The notes under the pieces are model-generated. The model saw nothing but the letters and a program-made list of their open reading frames with translations. It searched no databases and was not told the DNA's origin. From Escherichia coli (GTDB lineage Bacteria; Pseudomonadota; Gammaproteobacteria; Enterobacterales; Enterobacteriaceae): 64,000 nt of DNA. The DNA is taken from assembly GCF_030384885.1 (NCBI RefSeq), contig NZ_CP128613.1. One strand, 5' to 3'. The translations under genes were made by a program, and so were the position numbers. Below are positions 10,211 through 22,741 of the stretch, in pieces; position 1 is the first letter of the stretch; each line of letters starts with the position of its first letter.

Positions 10211-10474
10211 ATGATCGATCTGAAGAACCAGGAACGGGAGATTATCAATTTAATGTTCAGCCAGGGTATATCCTGGCTAACCGCCGTGCGTATCAGGCAT
10301 AAACTATCACTTGCTGAAGTTAGTAAAATGTTGGGTATCTCGATTAATTCTCTAAAACAAATCGAAAAGACGGAACGGCTTAGTTCAAACATCAAAAACA
10401 AAATGGCAGGAATTTATGGTTGTCTGCCAGAGTTGCTGATATGCCCTTACTGGATGACGGCTGAACATAAATGA
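10211..10474 (+). CDS. Small XRE-type HTH protein, possibly a remnant of or replacement for yjjJ
   Basis: 87-aa ORF with an RBS-like GGAAGGAAAT before the ATG and a helix-turn-helix (LSLAEVSKMLGISINSLKQIEK). It sits where K-12 has the roughly 1.3-kb HipA-like gene yjjJ; the lplA–deoD gap here is only about 455 bp. Confidence 0.4.
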   Translation: MIDLKNQEREIINLMFSQGISWLTAVRIRHKLSLAEVSKMLGISINSLKQIEKTERLSSNIKNKMAGIYGCLPELLICPYWMTAEHK

Positions 10475-10572
10475 ATAGATTCGTGAATAGATACTCGAAT
10501 GGATTTAATTTTCTATCCATATGAAAAATAATAGTGAATCTATAAATCAGTTGCTATTGATGAATAAATACT

Positions 10573-10601
10573 AAAAAGCCGGAGCGGTCTCCCGCTCCGG
10601 C
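10573..10601 (-). terminator. Rho-independent terminator of the deo operon (downstream of deoD)
   Basis: GC-rich hairpin GCCGGAGCGG-TCT-CCCGCTCCGGC followed by a U-tract on the minus strand. Confidence 0.7.
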
Positions 10602-10634
10602 TTCACACGACAATCGCCTTTCAGCGAAACACAA

Positions 10635-11354
10635 TTACTCTTTATCGCCCAGCAGAACGGATTCCAGTGCGATTTTGATCATGTCGTTGAAGGTGGTCTG
10701 ACGCTCAGCGGCAGTGGTCTGCTCGTGAGTGCGGATGTGGTCAGACACGGTGCAGATGGTCAGGGCTTTCGCGCCGAATTCTGCAGCGACGCCGTAGATA
10801 CCAGCAGCTTCCATTTCCACACCGAGAATGCCGTATTTTTCCATCACGTCGAACATTTCGCCGTCCGGAGAGTAGAACAGGTCAGCGGAGAACAGGTTAC
10901 CAACGCGCGCATCAATGCCCAGTGCTTTAGCTGCATCTACTGCGTTACGCACCATGTCGAAGTCAGCGATAGCTGCAAAGTCATGGTCTTTAAAACGGAT
11001 GCGGTTAACTTTGGAATCGGTGCAGGCACCCATACCAATCACTACGTCACGCAGTTTTACGTGCGGCAGAACTGCACCACAGGAACCAACGCGAATGATT
11101 TTCTTCACGCCGAAATCGGTGATCAGTTCTTTAGTGTAGATGGAGCAGGACGGGATACCCATACCGTGGCCCATTACAGAAATTTTGCGGCCTTTGTAAG
11201 TACCGGTGAAGCCCAGCATACCGCGAACGTTGTTCACTTCACGAGCATCTTCAAGGAAAGTTTCAGCAATATACTTCGCACGCAGCGGGTCGCCTGGCAT
11301 CAAAACTACGTCAGCGAAATCGCCCATTTCTGCATTAATGTGTGGAGTAGCCAT
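10635..11354 (-). CDS. deoD: Purine nucleoside phosphorylase DeoD
   Basis: 239 aa from [17 protein letters not shown]...; the track ORF is N-terminally over-extended. Confidence 0.95.
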
Positions 11355-11410
11355 CATTTTATCCTTTTTGTGACATATTAAAGGCGGAGTCACTGCTCCG
11401 CCCAAATCCA

Positions 11411-12655
<1,245 letters not shown>

Positions 12656-12685
12656 TCAAATTTAAATGATCAGATCAGTATACCG

Positions 12686-14008
12686 TTATTCGCTGATACG
12701 GCGATAGACAGTCGGTGTGCTTTCCGGTGCTTTATCGGCAAGTTTAATTGCCGCTTTCACCGCTTTCGCCGCTTCCTGCCAGCTGTTTTCGTCTTTCGCG
12801 TGGATAACCGCCAGCGGACGCTGACCGTCTACCTGGTCGCCCAGACGCGCCATATCAGTAAAGCCGACGCTGTAATCGATGGTGTCAGATGCCTGACGGC
12901 GACCGCCGCCCATTGCAACCACTGCCATTCCCAGCGCGCGGGTATCCATTTCACTGACAAAACCTTCGGTATCAGCATAGACTGCTTTCGTCAGCATCGC
13001 TGTCGGCAGATACTTCGCGTAGTTCTCAACGAAGTCGGTCGGGCCTTTTTGTGCCGCTACCATACGACCAAAGACTTCTGCCGCTTTACCGTTGTCCAGC
13101 ACCGCCTGCAATTTCGCGCGCGCTTCGGCGTCATCTTTCGCCAGTTTGCCGGAGATCAACATCTCCACGCACAGTGCCATCGTGACATCAAACAGACGCG
13201 GGTTACGATACTCACCAGTCAGGAACTGCACCGCTTCACGAACTTCAACCGCGTTACCGGCACTGGAGGCCAGCACCTGATTCATGTCGGTGAGTAGCGC
13301 GGTGGTGCGCACGCCAGCACCGTTAGCCACGCCAACAATCGCTTCGGCAAGGGCTTCAGAGAGTTCGTAGGTCGGCATAAACGCGCCGCTACCGACTTTC
13401 ACGTCCATCACCAGCGCATCCAGACCTTCCGCCAGTTTCTTCGCCAGGATCGAGGCGGTGATAAGCGGGATGGAATCCACGGTTGCGGTAATGTCGCGGG
13501 TCGCATAGAAACGTTTATCCGCCGGAGCCAGCGAGCTGGTCTGGCCGATAATCGCCACGCCAACATCTTTAATAATTTCGCGGAAACGGTTGTCATCCGG
13601 GAAGATGTCGAAGCCAGGGATGGATTCCAGTTTGTCGAGCGTACCGCCAGTATGGCCGAGGCCGCGACCGGAGATCATCGGAATATAGCCGCCGCAGGCA
13701 GCCACCATCGGCCCTAACATCAGCGAAGTCACATCGCCGACGCCGCCGGTGGAGTGTTTATCAACAATCGGGCCATTCAGATGCAGGCTTTTCCAGTCGA
13801 GAACGGTTCCTGAATCTCGCATCGCCATGGTCAGCGAGACACGCTCCGGCATTGTCATATCGTGGAAGAAAATGGTCATCGCGAGGGCGGCAATCTGCCC
13901 TTCGGAGATAGTGTTGTCGCGAATGCCGTTGATAAAGAAGCGAATTTCTTCATCGCTCAGCGCATGACCATCACGTTTTTTACGAATAATTTCTTGTGCG
14001 AGAAACAA
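12686..14008 (-). CDS. deoA: Thymidine phosphorylase DeoA
   Basis: 440-aa ORF beginning [29 protein letters not shown]... Confidence 0.95.
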
Positions 14009-14147
14009 GGTAACCTCCCGTGGAATAAGTTTGAAGGCGTTGTTGCCAGATGGCGGATGTTGTTATTGCCTGATGCAATGCTGACGCATCTTATCAGGCC
14101 TACAGGGGTACTCGACCCATAGCATCCACCCTCTGGCAAAAGGCAGC

Positions 14148-14927
14148 TTAGTAGCTGCTGGCGCTCTTACCGTCGCCGTGGCCCAGCGCTTTCAGCAGGC
14201 TTGCCAGCAGGCTGGAAGCACCAAAGCGGTAGTGACGCGCATCAGCCCAGTCAGCACCGAACAGTTCATCTGCAATCGCGAGATATTTCTGCGCATCTTC
14301 CGCAGTACGCACGCCGCCCGCCGGTTTGAAACCAACGGTTTTCTCTACGCCCATATCACGGATCACTTCCATCATGATGCGCGCGCTTTCCGGCGTCGCG
14401 TTCACTGCTACTTTACCGGTAGAGGTTTTGATGAAATCAGCACCCGCTTTAATGGATATTTCAGACGCTTTGCGGATCAGCGCTTCGTCTTTCAGTTCGC
14501 CGGTTTCGATGATCACTTTCAGCAGTACATTCGCTGCTGCGCAAGCCTCTTTACAGGCTTTCACCAGATCAAAACCAACCTGCTCGTTACCCGCCATCAG
14601 TGCACGGTACGGGAACACCACATCAACTTCATCGGCACCGTAGGCGATTGCCGCACGGGTTTCTGCCAGCGCGATTTCGATGTCGTCGTTACCGTGTGGG
14701 AAGTTAGTTACCGTAGCGATACGGATTTCCGGGGTGCCCTGCTCTTTCAGCGTTTTGCGAGCAATCGGGATAAAGCGAGGATAGATACAGATAGCGGCGG
14801 TATTACCGACCGGAGTTTTGGCCTGATGACACAGAGCGATCACTTTCTCGTCGGTATCGTCGTCATTCAGGGTGGTCAGGTCCATCAATTTCAGTGCACG
14901 CAGGCTGCTTGCTTTCAGATCAGTCAT
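14148..14927 (-). CDS. deoC: Deoxyribose-phosphate aldolase DeoC
   Basis: 259 aa from [26 protein letters not shown]... Confidence 0.95.
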
Positions 14928-14971
14928 TTCATTCTCCTGGCTTGTCGCCAATAAAATTCACCTTGCGAGTT

Positions 14972-14987
14972 TGTTAGTATTCTAACA
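14972..14987. promoter_or_regulatory. DeoR operator, promoter-proximal
   Basis: TGTTAGTATTCTAACA, one mismatch from the DeoR palindrome TGTTAGAA/TTCTAACA, 45 bp upstream of the deoC start. Confidence 0.6.
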
Positions 14988-15185
14988 TCGACTCCGCAAC
15001 ACACTTCGATATACATCACAATTAAGGAAATCTACTTACAAAATTGCATTACTGTAATGCGATCTGGTTCAAATAATTCACTTTCAAATGAATGCGTCAG
15101 TGGTGGCAAACGCATCAGGATCAAAGTGAACATCACGAAACTTCTTACAATGGCGCATCACCTTCGGCATAAAAAGGAACAGAAG

Positions 15186-16736
15186 ATGCCCACTTCTCAT
15201 GAAAATGCACTGCAACAACGTTGCCAGCAAATTGTCACCAGTCCGGTACTTAGCCCGGAGCAGAAGCGCCATTTTCTGGCGCTGGAAGCAGAAAACAATC
15301 TGCCTTACCCACAGCTTCCTGCCGAAGCCCGCCGCGCGCTGGATGAAGGTGTAATCTGCGATATGTTTGAAGGTCATGCGCCGTATAAACCGCGCTATGT
15401 CTTACCCGATTACGCCCGTTTTTTGGCCAACGGTTCCGAATGGCTGGAGCTGGAAGGCGCAAAAGATCTTGATGACGCACTCTCTCTGCTGACCATTCTT
15501 TACCACCACGTTCCTTCGGTCACATCGATGCCGGTCTACCTGGGGCAACTGGATGCGTTGTTGCAACCGTATGTTAGAATTCTAACACAAAACGAGATCG
15601 ATATTCGAATAAAACGTTTCTGGCGTTACCTCGACAGAACCCTGCCAGATGCCTTTATGCACGCCAATATTGGCCCGTCTGATTCGCCCATTACCCGTGC
15701 GATTTTACGGGCAGATTCAGAGCTGAAGCAGGTTTCACCTAACCTGACTTTTATCTACGATCCTGAAATCACCCCTGATGACCTGCTGCTGGAAGTGGCG
15801 AAAAACATCTGTGAATGTAGCAAACCGCACATCGCCAACGGTCCCGTGCATGATAAAATTTTCACAAATGGGGGCTACGGGATTGTGAGCTGTTACAACT
15901 CACTGCCGCTGGCGGGTGGTGGCAGTACGCTGGTACGCCTTAACCTGAAAGCCATTGCCGAGCGCAGCGAATCGCTGGATGACTTCTTTGCGCGCACTCT
16001 ACCGCACTACTGCCAGCAGCAGATCGCCATCATCGATGCGCGGTGTGAATTCCTCTATCAACAATCACACTTCTTTGAGAATAGCTTCCTGGTGAAAGAA
16101 GGGCTGATTAACCCTGAACGTTTTGTGCCAATGTTTGGCATGTATGGGCTGGCGGAAGCGGTTAACTTGCTGTGTGAAAAAGAAGGAGTTGCCGCGCGTT
16201 ACGGTAAAGAAGCCGCCGCAAATGAAGTGGGTTATCGCATTAGCGCGCAACTGGCGGAGTTTGTCGCCAATACCCCCGTGAAATATGGCTGGCAAAAACG
16301 CGCCATGTTACACGCACAGTCGGGGATAAGTTCCGATATCGGCACCACGCCGGGCGCGCGTTTGCCGTATGGCGATGAGCCAGATCCGATCACCCATCTG
16401 CAAACTGTCGCCCCGCATCATGCTTATTATTATTCCGGCATCAGCGACATTTTGACGCTCGACGAAACCATCAAACGTAATCCGCAGGCGCTGGTACAGC
16501 TTTGCCTCGGTGCCTTTAAAGCCGGAATGCGTGAATTTACCGCCAATGTCAGCGGTAACGATCTGGTTCGCGTTACCGGTTATATGGTGCGTTTGTCGGA
16601 TTTAGAAAAATATCGTGCCGAAGGTTCACGTACCAATACCACCTGGCTGGGAGAAGAAGCCGCACGCAACACTCGTATTCTGGAACGCCAGCCGCGCGTT
16701 ATAAGCCATGAACAGCAGATGCGCTTTAGTCAGTAA
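15186..16736 (+). CDS. yjjI: Glycyl-radical-enzyme-like protein YjjI
   Basis: 516 aa from [11 protein letters not shown]...; C-terminal RVTGY glycyl-radical-type motif; immediately followed by a radical-SAM activase gene. Confidence 0.85.
   Translation: MPTSHENALQQRCQQIVTSPVLSPEQKRHFLALEAENNLPYPQLPAEARRALDEGVICDMFEGHAPYKPRYVLPDYARFLANGSEWLELEGAKDLDDALSLLTILYHHVPSVTSMPVYLGQLDALLQPYVRILTQNEIDIRIKRFWRYLDRTLPDAFMHANIGPSDSPITRAILRADSELKQVSPNLTFIYDPEITPDDLLLEVAKNICECSKPHIANGPVHDKIFTNGGYGIVSCYNSLPLAGGGSTLVRLNLKAIAERSESLDDFFARTLPHYCQQQIAIIDARCEFLYQQSHFFENSFLVKEGLINPERFVPMFGMYGLAEAVNLLCEKEGVAARYGKEAAANEVGYRISAQLAEFVANTPVKYGWQKRAMLHAQSGISSDIGTTPGARLPYGDEPDPITHLQTVAPHHAYYYSGISDILTLDETIKRNPQALVQLCLGAFKAGMREFTANVSGNDLVRVTGYMVRLSDLEKYRAEGSRTNTTWLGEEAARNTRILERQPRVISHEQQMRFSQ
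15573..15588. promoter_or_regulatory. DeoR operator, distal, perfect palindrome
   Basis: Perfect 16-bp palindrome TGTTAGAATTCTAACA, 601 bp from the proximal operator, consistent with the dual-promoter, looped deo control region; it lies inside the annotated yjjI reading frame. Confidence 0.6.
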
Positions 16737-17571
16737 GATTATCCCCTTCTCCTGCGTTGACGGGCCAGGTAGTCGTCTGGCTCTGTTTTTACAGGGCTGT
16801 AATCTGCGCTGCAAAAACTGTCACAATCCGTGGACAATGGGGCGCTGTAATGATTGCGGGGAGTGCGTGCCACAGTGTCCGCATCAGGCGTTGCAGATTG
16901 TTAACAGCAAAGTAGTGTGGAACGCAGCCGTCTGCGAGCAGTGTGATACCTGCCTGAAGATGTGTCCACAACATGCCACGCCAATGGCGCAATCCATGAA
17001 CGTGGACGAGGTGCTTAGTCACGTCCGCAAAGCGGTGCTGTTTATTGAAGGGATAACGGTAAGCGGCGGTGAAGCCACGACCCAGTTGCCGTTTGTGGTG
17101 GCGCTGTTTACTGCTATCAAAAATGATCCACAACTGTGTCATCTCACCTGTCTGGTGGACAGTAACGGCATGTTGAGCGAAACCGGCTGGGAAAAATTAC
17201 TCCCGGTGTGCGACGGCGCGATGCTCGATCTCAAAGCGTGGGGAAGCGAATGTCATCAACAGCTAACCGGACGCGATAATCAGCAGATTAAGCGCAGCAT
17301 CTGTTTGCTTGCAGAGCGCGGTAAGCTGGCGGAACTGCGTTTGCTGGTAATCCCTGGCCAGGTGGATTATTTGCAACACATCGAAGAACTGGCGGCGTTT
17401 ATCAAGGGACTTGGCGATGTTCCGGTACGCCTGAACGCGTTTCATGCCCACGGCGTGTATGGCGAGGCGCAAAGCTGGGCGAGCGCCACGCAGGAAGACG
17501 TTGAGCAGTTGGCTGATGCGTTACGGGAGCGCGGGGTGAGCCGGTTGATATTTCCGGCGCTGTATTTGTGA
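16708..17571 (+). CDS. yjjW: Glycyl-radical enzyme activating protein YjjW (radical SAM)
   Basis: CxxxCxxC radical-SAM motif (CNLRCKNC) plus two ferredoxin-like Cys clusters; 287 aa; overlaps the yjjI stop. Confidence 0.88.
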   Translation: MNSRCALVSKIIPFSCVDGPGSRLALFLQGCNLRCKNCHNPWTMGRCNDCGECVPQCPHQALQIVNSKVVWNAAVCEQCDTCLKMCPQHATPMAQSMNVDEVLSHVRKAVLFIEGITVSGGEATTQLPFVVALFTAIKNDPQLCHLTCLVDSNGMLSETGWEKLLPVCDGAMLDLKAWGSECHQQLTGRDNQQIKRSICLLAERGKLAELRLLVIPGQVDYLQHIEELAAFIKGLGDVPVRLNAFHAHGVYGEAQSWASATQEDVEQLADALRERGVSRLIFPALYL

Positions 17572-17572
17572 C

Positions 17573-17800
17573 ATGCCGGATGCGGCCTACGGTTCGGCAC
17601 AGACTTGTAGGCATGATAAAACGCGTCAAGCGTCGCATCAGGCATTGTGCGCCAACTGCCGGATGCGGCGTGAACGCCTTATCCGGCCTACGGTTCGGCA
17701 CAGACTTGTAGGCATGATAAGACGCGTCAGCGTCGCATCAGGCATTGTGCGTCGACTGCCGGATGCGGCGTGAACGCCTTATCCGGCTTACGAAGGGCAA
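17573..17800. repeat. REP/BIME cluster
   Basis: Two near-identical copies of a roughly 95-bp unit containing GCCGGATGCGGCGTGAACGCCTTATCCGGCCTAC palindromic elements. Confidence 0.8.
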
Positions 17801-17801
17801 A

Positions 17802-18584
17802 CTACCCACGAACGTTAAACACCGCATACGTGTTATTAAGCAACACTTCGGCAATCTCATCCGCGGGTTCCGGGCGTAACTCGCATAGCACGGCAAACAC
17901 ACGGGCGGCCTGCTCCGGGTGATTAGGCTGCCCCTGAAAACCATTGAGCGGCATATCCGGCGCGTCGGTTTCCAGCAACAACGATGCCAGCGGCAGCTTT
18001 GCGATGACATCGCGGGTTTTACTGGCGCGTGGATAGGTGATAGTACCGCCTACGCCAATTTTGTAGCCCAGCTGCACAAACCGTTCGGCCTGTTGCAGGC
18101 TGCCAGAAAAACCATGAACCACACCAGTGCGTGGCAAATTTTGGCGTTTAAGATGCATCGCCAGTTTGTCGTGCGTGCGCCGTGAATGAAGGATCACCGG
18201 CAGATCGTAGCGTTTCGCCAGTTTCAGTTGTTCATCAAGCAACCACTGCTGCCTCTCAAATTGCGGATCGTCACCAAAGAGATCCAGGCCGATCTCCCCC
18301 ACCGCCACCACCTTCGTCGGACGTCTTCCCAACGCCTGCTGTAACTGATCCAGCGATGCATCGTTATGTTTTTCCAACATCCCCGGATGCAACCCTAAAG
18401 CGGCATACAGCGGTTGATAATTTTCCGCTAACGCCTGCACGCGGGCAAAATTTGCCGCCTCGGTGGCCGGAACAATGATCTTGCCTACGCCCGCTTGTGC
18501 CGCGCGTTGCAGGCTGGCCTCTTCATCGCCACTAAACGGCGGGAAATCAAAATGGCAGTGGGTGTCGATAAAACGGCAAGTCAA
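17802..18584 (-). CDS. yjjV: TatD-family metal-dependent DNase/hydrolase YjjV
   Basis: 260-aa ORF with TatD-like HxH start (FIDTHCHFDFPPF); synteny. Confidence 0.85.
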   Translation of the reverse strand: MTCRFIDTHCHFDFPPFSGDEEASLQRAAQAGVGKIIVPATEAANFARVQALAENYQPLYAALGLHPGMLEKHNDASLDQLQQALGRRPTKVVAVGEIGLDLFGDDPQFERQQWLLDEQLKLAKRYDLPVILHSRRTHDKLAMHLKRQNLPRTGVVHGFSGSLQQAERFVQLGYKIGVGGTITYPRASKTRDVIAKLPLASLLLETDAPDMPLNGFQGQPNHPEQAARVFAVLCELRPEPADEIAEVLLNNTYAVFNVRG

Positions 18585-19654
18585 GCCAAATCCTCATTGT
18601 TAAATGTCGGGTCGTTCGCCTGTGGAGCGTCTATCACCTCGGCAACCAGCGTATCGTTGGCGACGGGCGCAGGCGGAATAACGATCGACTCCGGCGTCAC
18701 CACCGGCACCAGATGGCGGCTCAGCGGCGCTTTTTCAGTCAATAACTTACCGACCGTTGCCAGAAAATAACGCCCGCATAAACGCCCAAGTTTATAGTCT
18801 TCACGCAGCGCCGGAATCCGACTGCCGAGCGCGATACTATGTAATGGCTTCGGCGGATAAATTTCGAATATCCGCAGCTTGCCCGGTGGTTTCTCAATAA
18901 ATTGCTGAATCTCACGATAGCTGGTTTCATGATGCTGCACCAGATTGACCAGCGGCTGCAGGCTACTGTCACCCAGCCAGCGTTCCATGCGTTTGAACCA
19001 CTGTGGCGTGTAGTACATTTGTGACGGCACAGTGCGGATGACGACCAACGTTTTTGCTCCCTGCCTTGCCGCCTCTTTAACCGGGATCGCATCACTGATC
19101 CCACCATCCAGGTAGTTAATACCTTCCAGCGACACTCCGCTACGATAAAAGCCAGGTATCGCACTGGAGGCGCGAATCACATCCAGCCAGTTCTGTTTGT
19201 TTGGCAAAAAGTAATTCGGCGCATAGTCATCCTGACGACAAGCGCACATATAAAACGATTTGCCGCTGTCAAATAGCCGCGCTGCGGTGTCCATTTGCAA
19301 CGGCATCTGGCTTGCGGTGGCCTCCACCAGCCAGTCGAGATCGATAAGATTTCCTCCACGGACAAAGCGCAATGGATCGAAAAATTCGCGTTTTGTGGTA
19401 TAGCGCATGATGACTTTGCGCGCGTAACCGGGCTGATTGCAGATATACGCCGAGAGGTTCTGCGCCCCGGCAGATGTGCCGAGATAAAGATCGAAAGGAT
19501 TAAACTGCGCGCGCATAAACTCATCCAGCACGCCAGCTGTGAAAATTCCACGCTGCCCGCCGCCTTCGCACACCAGAGCTATTCGTCCAGGCTGGAACGG
19601 CCTTAGCGACAACGGCGCAATATTACCAAGCGTTACAGGTATTCGCTGCCCCAC
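18581..19654 (-). CDS. yjjU: Patatin-like phospholipase YjjU
   Basis: Patatin motifs GGGxRG (CEGGGQRGIFTAG) and GTSAG; start probably an internal GTG (track ORF extends to 19690). Confidence 0.8.
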   Translation of the reverse strand: MGQRIPVTLGNIAPLSLRPFQPGRIALVCEGGGQRGIFTAGVLDEFMRAQFNPFDLYLGTSAGAQNLSAYICNQPGYARKVIMRYTTKREFFDPLRFVRGGNLIDLDWLVEATASQMPLQMDTAARLFDSGKSFYMCACRQDDYAPNYFLPNKQNWLDVIRASSAIPGFYRSGVSLEGINYLDGGISDAIPVKEAARQGAKTLVVIRTVPSQMYYTPQWFKRMERWLGDSSLQPLVNLVQHHETSYREIQQFIEKPPGKLRIFEIYPPKPLHSIALGSRIPALREDYKLGRLCGRYFLATVGKLLTEKAPLSRHLVPVVTPESIVIPPAPVANDTLVAEVIDAPQANDPTFNNEDLA

Positions 19655-19775
19655 CTCTGCCTTCCTGTTTTTGTTGTGAAAGAATGACAAAGTAACGCAA
19701 TTTATTATTCGCTAAAACCGCAAAAGCCAGTCCGCTGGACTGGCTTTGGATAAAATTTTCTTAATGGTCTGAAAT

Positions 19776-19937
19776 CTAGGGTCGTTTTCGGCCCATGAAC
19801 AAACTCACCAGGAACAGAATAATCCCGACGACAAAGACAATTTTAGCTGCGCCCGCAGCGGTACCGGCCAGACCACCAAACCCAAGTGCGGCGGCGATTA
19901 ACGCGATAACCAGAAATATGATGCCCCAACGAAACAT
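19776..19937 (-). CDS. ytjA: Small membrane protein YtjA (DUF1328)
   Basis: 53-aa hydrophobic [25 protein letters not shown]... Confidence 0.7.
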
Positions 19938-20063
19938 AAGCGTCTCCTTTACCATAGTTAATGTCACCGCTTGATATGAGCGTGAAAATCACTCAATGCG
20001 ATATTTTTAGTGTGGTGCACATCGCGCCTCCCGACAAAGTTCGGGAGGTCGAATTACGACGAA

Positions 20064-20669
20064 TTACTTAGTTTTCAGATCATTTTTAACGCTTTTCACA
20101 CCATCTACCGCTTTGGCGATACTTTCAGCACGGTCGCTCTGTGCCTGAGAATCTACGGTACCGGAGAGCTGAACCACACCATCGGTGGTTTCAACTTTCA
20201 CTTTACGTGAAGGGACGATATCGTCCGCCAGCAGCTTGGCTTTGATTTCACTGGTGGTGGCGGTGTCACCCGCGTAGCCCTTCACAGAGCCTTCTTTAGC
20301 GTCGCGAACGTGCAGTTTGTCGCTGACAGAGGTCACGCCCTCAACACCTTTCGCCACTTTCACCGCCTCTTCGGCCTGGGCCTGGCTTTCAACGAAACCG
20401 CTCAGAGTCACGACTTTTTGATCGGTTTTGACAGAGATATCGGTGCTCTTGATGTTGTCATGATCCACCAGGGCCGCCTTCACTTTCGCGGTGATAGCGC
20501 TGTCATCCATGAAATTACCGACTTTATTCATAGAGCTATCGACTTTTTGCCCTGCGCTTTCATTGGTTGTCTGCGCGTTGTTTTCTGCGTAGGCAGAGCC
20601 GGTCGCGACGGCAGAGGTCAACATTACAGCCAGCAGAGTTTTCGAAATCTTCAGTCTTGTCATAGTCAT
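20064..20669 (-). CDS. osmY: Osmotically inducible periplasmic protein OsmY (two BON domains)
   Basis: 201 aa from [28 protein letters not shown] (signal peptide). Confidence 0.92.
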   Translation of the reverse strand: MTMTRLKISKTLLAVMLTSAVATGSAYAENNAQTTNESAGQKVDSSMNKVGNFMDDSAITAKVKAALVDHDNIKSTDISVKTDQKVVTLSGFVESQAQAEEAVKVAKGVEGVTSVSDKLHVRDAKEGSVKGYAGDTATTSEIKAKLLADDIVPSRKVKVETTDGVVQLSGTVDSQAQSDRAESIAKAVDGVKSVKNDLKTK

Positions 20670-21061
20670 CGATTTATTCCTGTATGTTTGCTCGTAATTT
20701 GAGCCTGGCAACACGAGGTTGCATTGCTGAATAGGGAGAGACTTCACCCTCTACAGAAGTCAATGGTCTCCATCACAAAATCGATGGGTGATGAATAACG
20801 ACCATTACAGCCTCTGAATCAGTTATTAATATCGGTAGAATGACAATCGACGGCTTTAGATACTGATATCTACGCATTGAACGGTATTTAACGCCGTCAG
20901 AAATGTCATTACTTTGTTAAATATAGATCACAATTTTGAAACCGCTCGGGATATCAGCGAAAACATAAGCAAAAGTGAATGTTTTAAGAACATTCCGTAA
21001 GCGGCTAATAAGGAAGGGAAATTGACAGGGCGCAGCGGCTACCGCGCCCTGGAGGCAAGAA

Positions 21062-22651
21062 TTAATGCTCGCGAGTCTGGTGGAACTGAACGTCCGGATA
21101 ACGTTCCTGCGCCAGGCGCAGGTTGACCATGCTGGTAGCGATGTAAGCGAGGTTATCGCCGCCATCAAGCGCCAGTTGGCTTTCGTTCTTACGCTTGAAC
21201 TCTTCGAATTTCTTCGCGTCCGCACATTCTACCCAGCGTGCAGTGGCAACGTTGACTGACTCATACACTGCTTCAACGTTGTATTCGCTCTTCAGGCGCG
21301 CTACCACCACATCAAACTGCAGCACACCAACCGCACCAACGATCAGGTCGTTGTTGGAGATCGGACGGAACACCTGCACCGCCCCCTCTTCGGAAAGCTG
21401 TACCAGCCCTTTGAGCAGCTGTTTTTGCTTCAGCGGATCTTTCAGGCGGATACGACGGAACAGTTCCGGCGCAAAGTTCGGGATACCGGTGAACTTCATC
21501 ATCTCACCCTGGGTAAAGGTGTCGCCGATCTGAATAGTGCCGTGGTTGTGCAGACCAAGGATGTCGCCCGGATACGCTTCTTCAACATGCGAACGGTCGC
21601 CCGCCATAAAGGTCAGCGCGTCGGAGATCACCACATCTTTCGCGGTGCGCACCTGGCGCAGCTTCATACCTTTTTCATATTTACCAGATACCACACGCAT
21701 AAACGCCACGCGGTCGCGGTGTTTCGGGTCCATGTTGGCCTGAATTTTAAATACGAAGCCGGTAAATTTATCTTCGCTCGCCTCTACGATACGGGTATCA
21801 GTCTGACGCGGCATCGGCGCAGGTGCCCACTCTACCAGGCCATCCAGCATATGATCGACGCCGAAGTTACCCAGCGCAGTACCAAAGAACACTGGAGTGA
21901 TTTCGCCCGCAAGGAACAATTCTTTGTCGAACTCGTTAGACGCGCCTTTCACCAGTTCCAGTTCGTCACGCAGCTGCTGTGCCAGATCTTCACCAACCGC
22001 AGCATCGAGATCCGGATTATTCAGCCCTTTAACAATGCGGACTTCCTGAATGGTGTGGCCTTTACCGCTCTGATAGAGATAGGTTTCGTCTTTATAAAGG
22101 TGGTAAACACCTTTAAACAGCTTGCCGCAGCCAATCGGCCAGGTGATCGGCGCACAGCCGATTTTCAGCTCGTTCTCAACTTCATCGAGCAGCTCCATCG
22201 GATCGCGGATATCACGGTCAAGTTTGTTCATAAAGGTGAGGATCGGCGTATCGCGCAGACGGGTAACTTCCATCAGCTTACGGGTACGATCTTCAACACC
22301 TTTTGCGGCGTCGATAACCATCAGGCAGCAGTCCACCGCCGTCAGGGTACGATAGGTATCTTCCGAGAAGTCTTCGTGCCCGGGGGTGTCGAGCAGGTTA
22401 ACCAGGCAGTCGTGATACGGAAACTGCATCACAGACGTGGTAATGGAGATCCCACGCTGCTTTTCCATCTCCATCCAGTCCGACTTAGCGTGCTGGTTGG
22501 AACCACGGCCTTTTACTGTACCGGCGGTCTGAATGGCCTGTCCGAACAGCAGCACCTTCTCGGTGATGGTCGTTTTACCGGCGTCCGGGTGAGAAATAAT
22601 GGCAAAAGTGCGGCGCTTCGCCACCTCTTGCAAATAAGGAGACAACGTCAT
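21062..22651 (-). CDS. prfC: Peptide chain release factor 3 (GTPase)
   Basis: 529 aa from [28 protein letters not shown] (G1 motif), DTPGH. Confidence 0.95.
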   Translation of the reverse strand: MTLSPYLQEVAKRRTFAIISHPDAGKTTITEKVLLFGQAIQTAGTVKGRGSNQHAKSDWMEMEKQRGISITTSVMQFPYHDCLVNLLDTPGHEDFSEDTYRTLTAVDCCLMVIDAAKGVEDRTRKLMEVTRLRDTPILTFMNKLDRDIRDPMELLDEVENELKIGCAPITWPIGCGKLFKGVYHLYKDETYLYQSGKGHTIQEVRIVKGLNNPDLDAAVGEDLAQQLRDELELVKGASNEFDKELFLAGEITPVFFGTALGNFGVDHMLDGLVEWAPAPMPRQTDTRIVEASEDKFTGFVFKIQANMDPKHRDRVAFMRVVSGKYEKGMKLRQVRTAKDVVISDALTFMAGDRSHVEEAYPGDILGLHNHGTIQIGDTFTQGEMMKFTGIPNFAPELFRRIRLKDPLKQKQLLKGLVQLSEEGAVQVFRPISNNDLIVGAVGVLQFDVVVARLKSEYNVEAVYESVNVATARWVECADAKKFEEFKRKNESQLALDGGDNLAYIATSMVNLRLAQERYPDVQFHQTREH

Positions 22652-22741
22652 AATTCTTTCTTCTTGAGTAAGCGGCATCGCGCCGCGCTTGTTGAAAACG
22701 AAAAATTGCGGCTATTTTACCCATCAATGGGGGGGAGGCAA

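Noticed and set aside
15057-15185. N-terminal extension of yjjI in the ORF track, and similar upstream extensions of deoD, deoC, osmY, prfC, rimI, serB, radA, nadR, tsr, hsdR, yjjP, yjjB, dnaT and mcrB
   Set aside because: The track reports the longest ORF; known protein N-termini and lengths indicate internal start codons, so the extensions are not annotated as coding.
17573-17800. Tandem palindromic repeats considered as a possible CRISPR array or IS terminal repeats
   Set aside because: Sequence matches REP/BIME palindromic units (GCCGGATGCGGCG...); no transposase or cas genes present.
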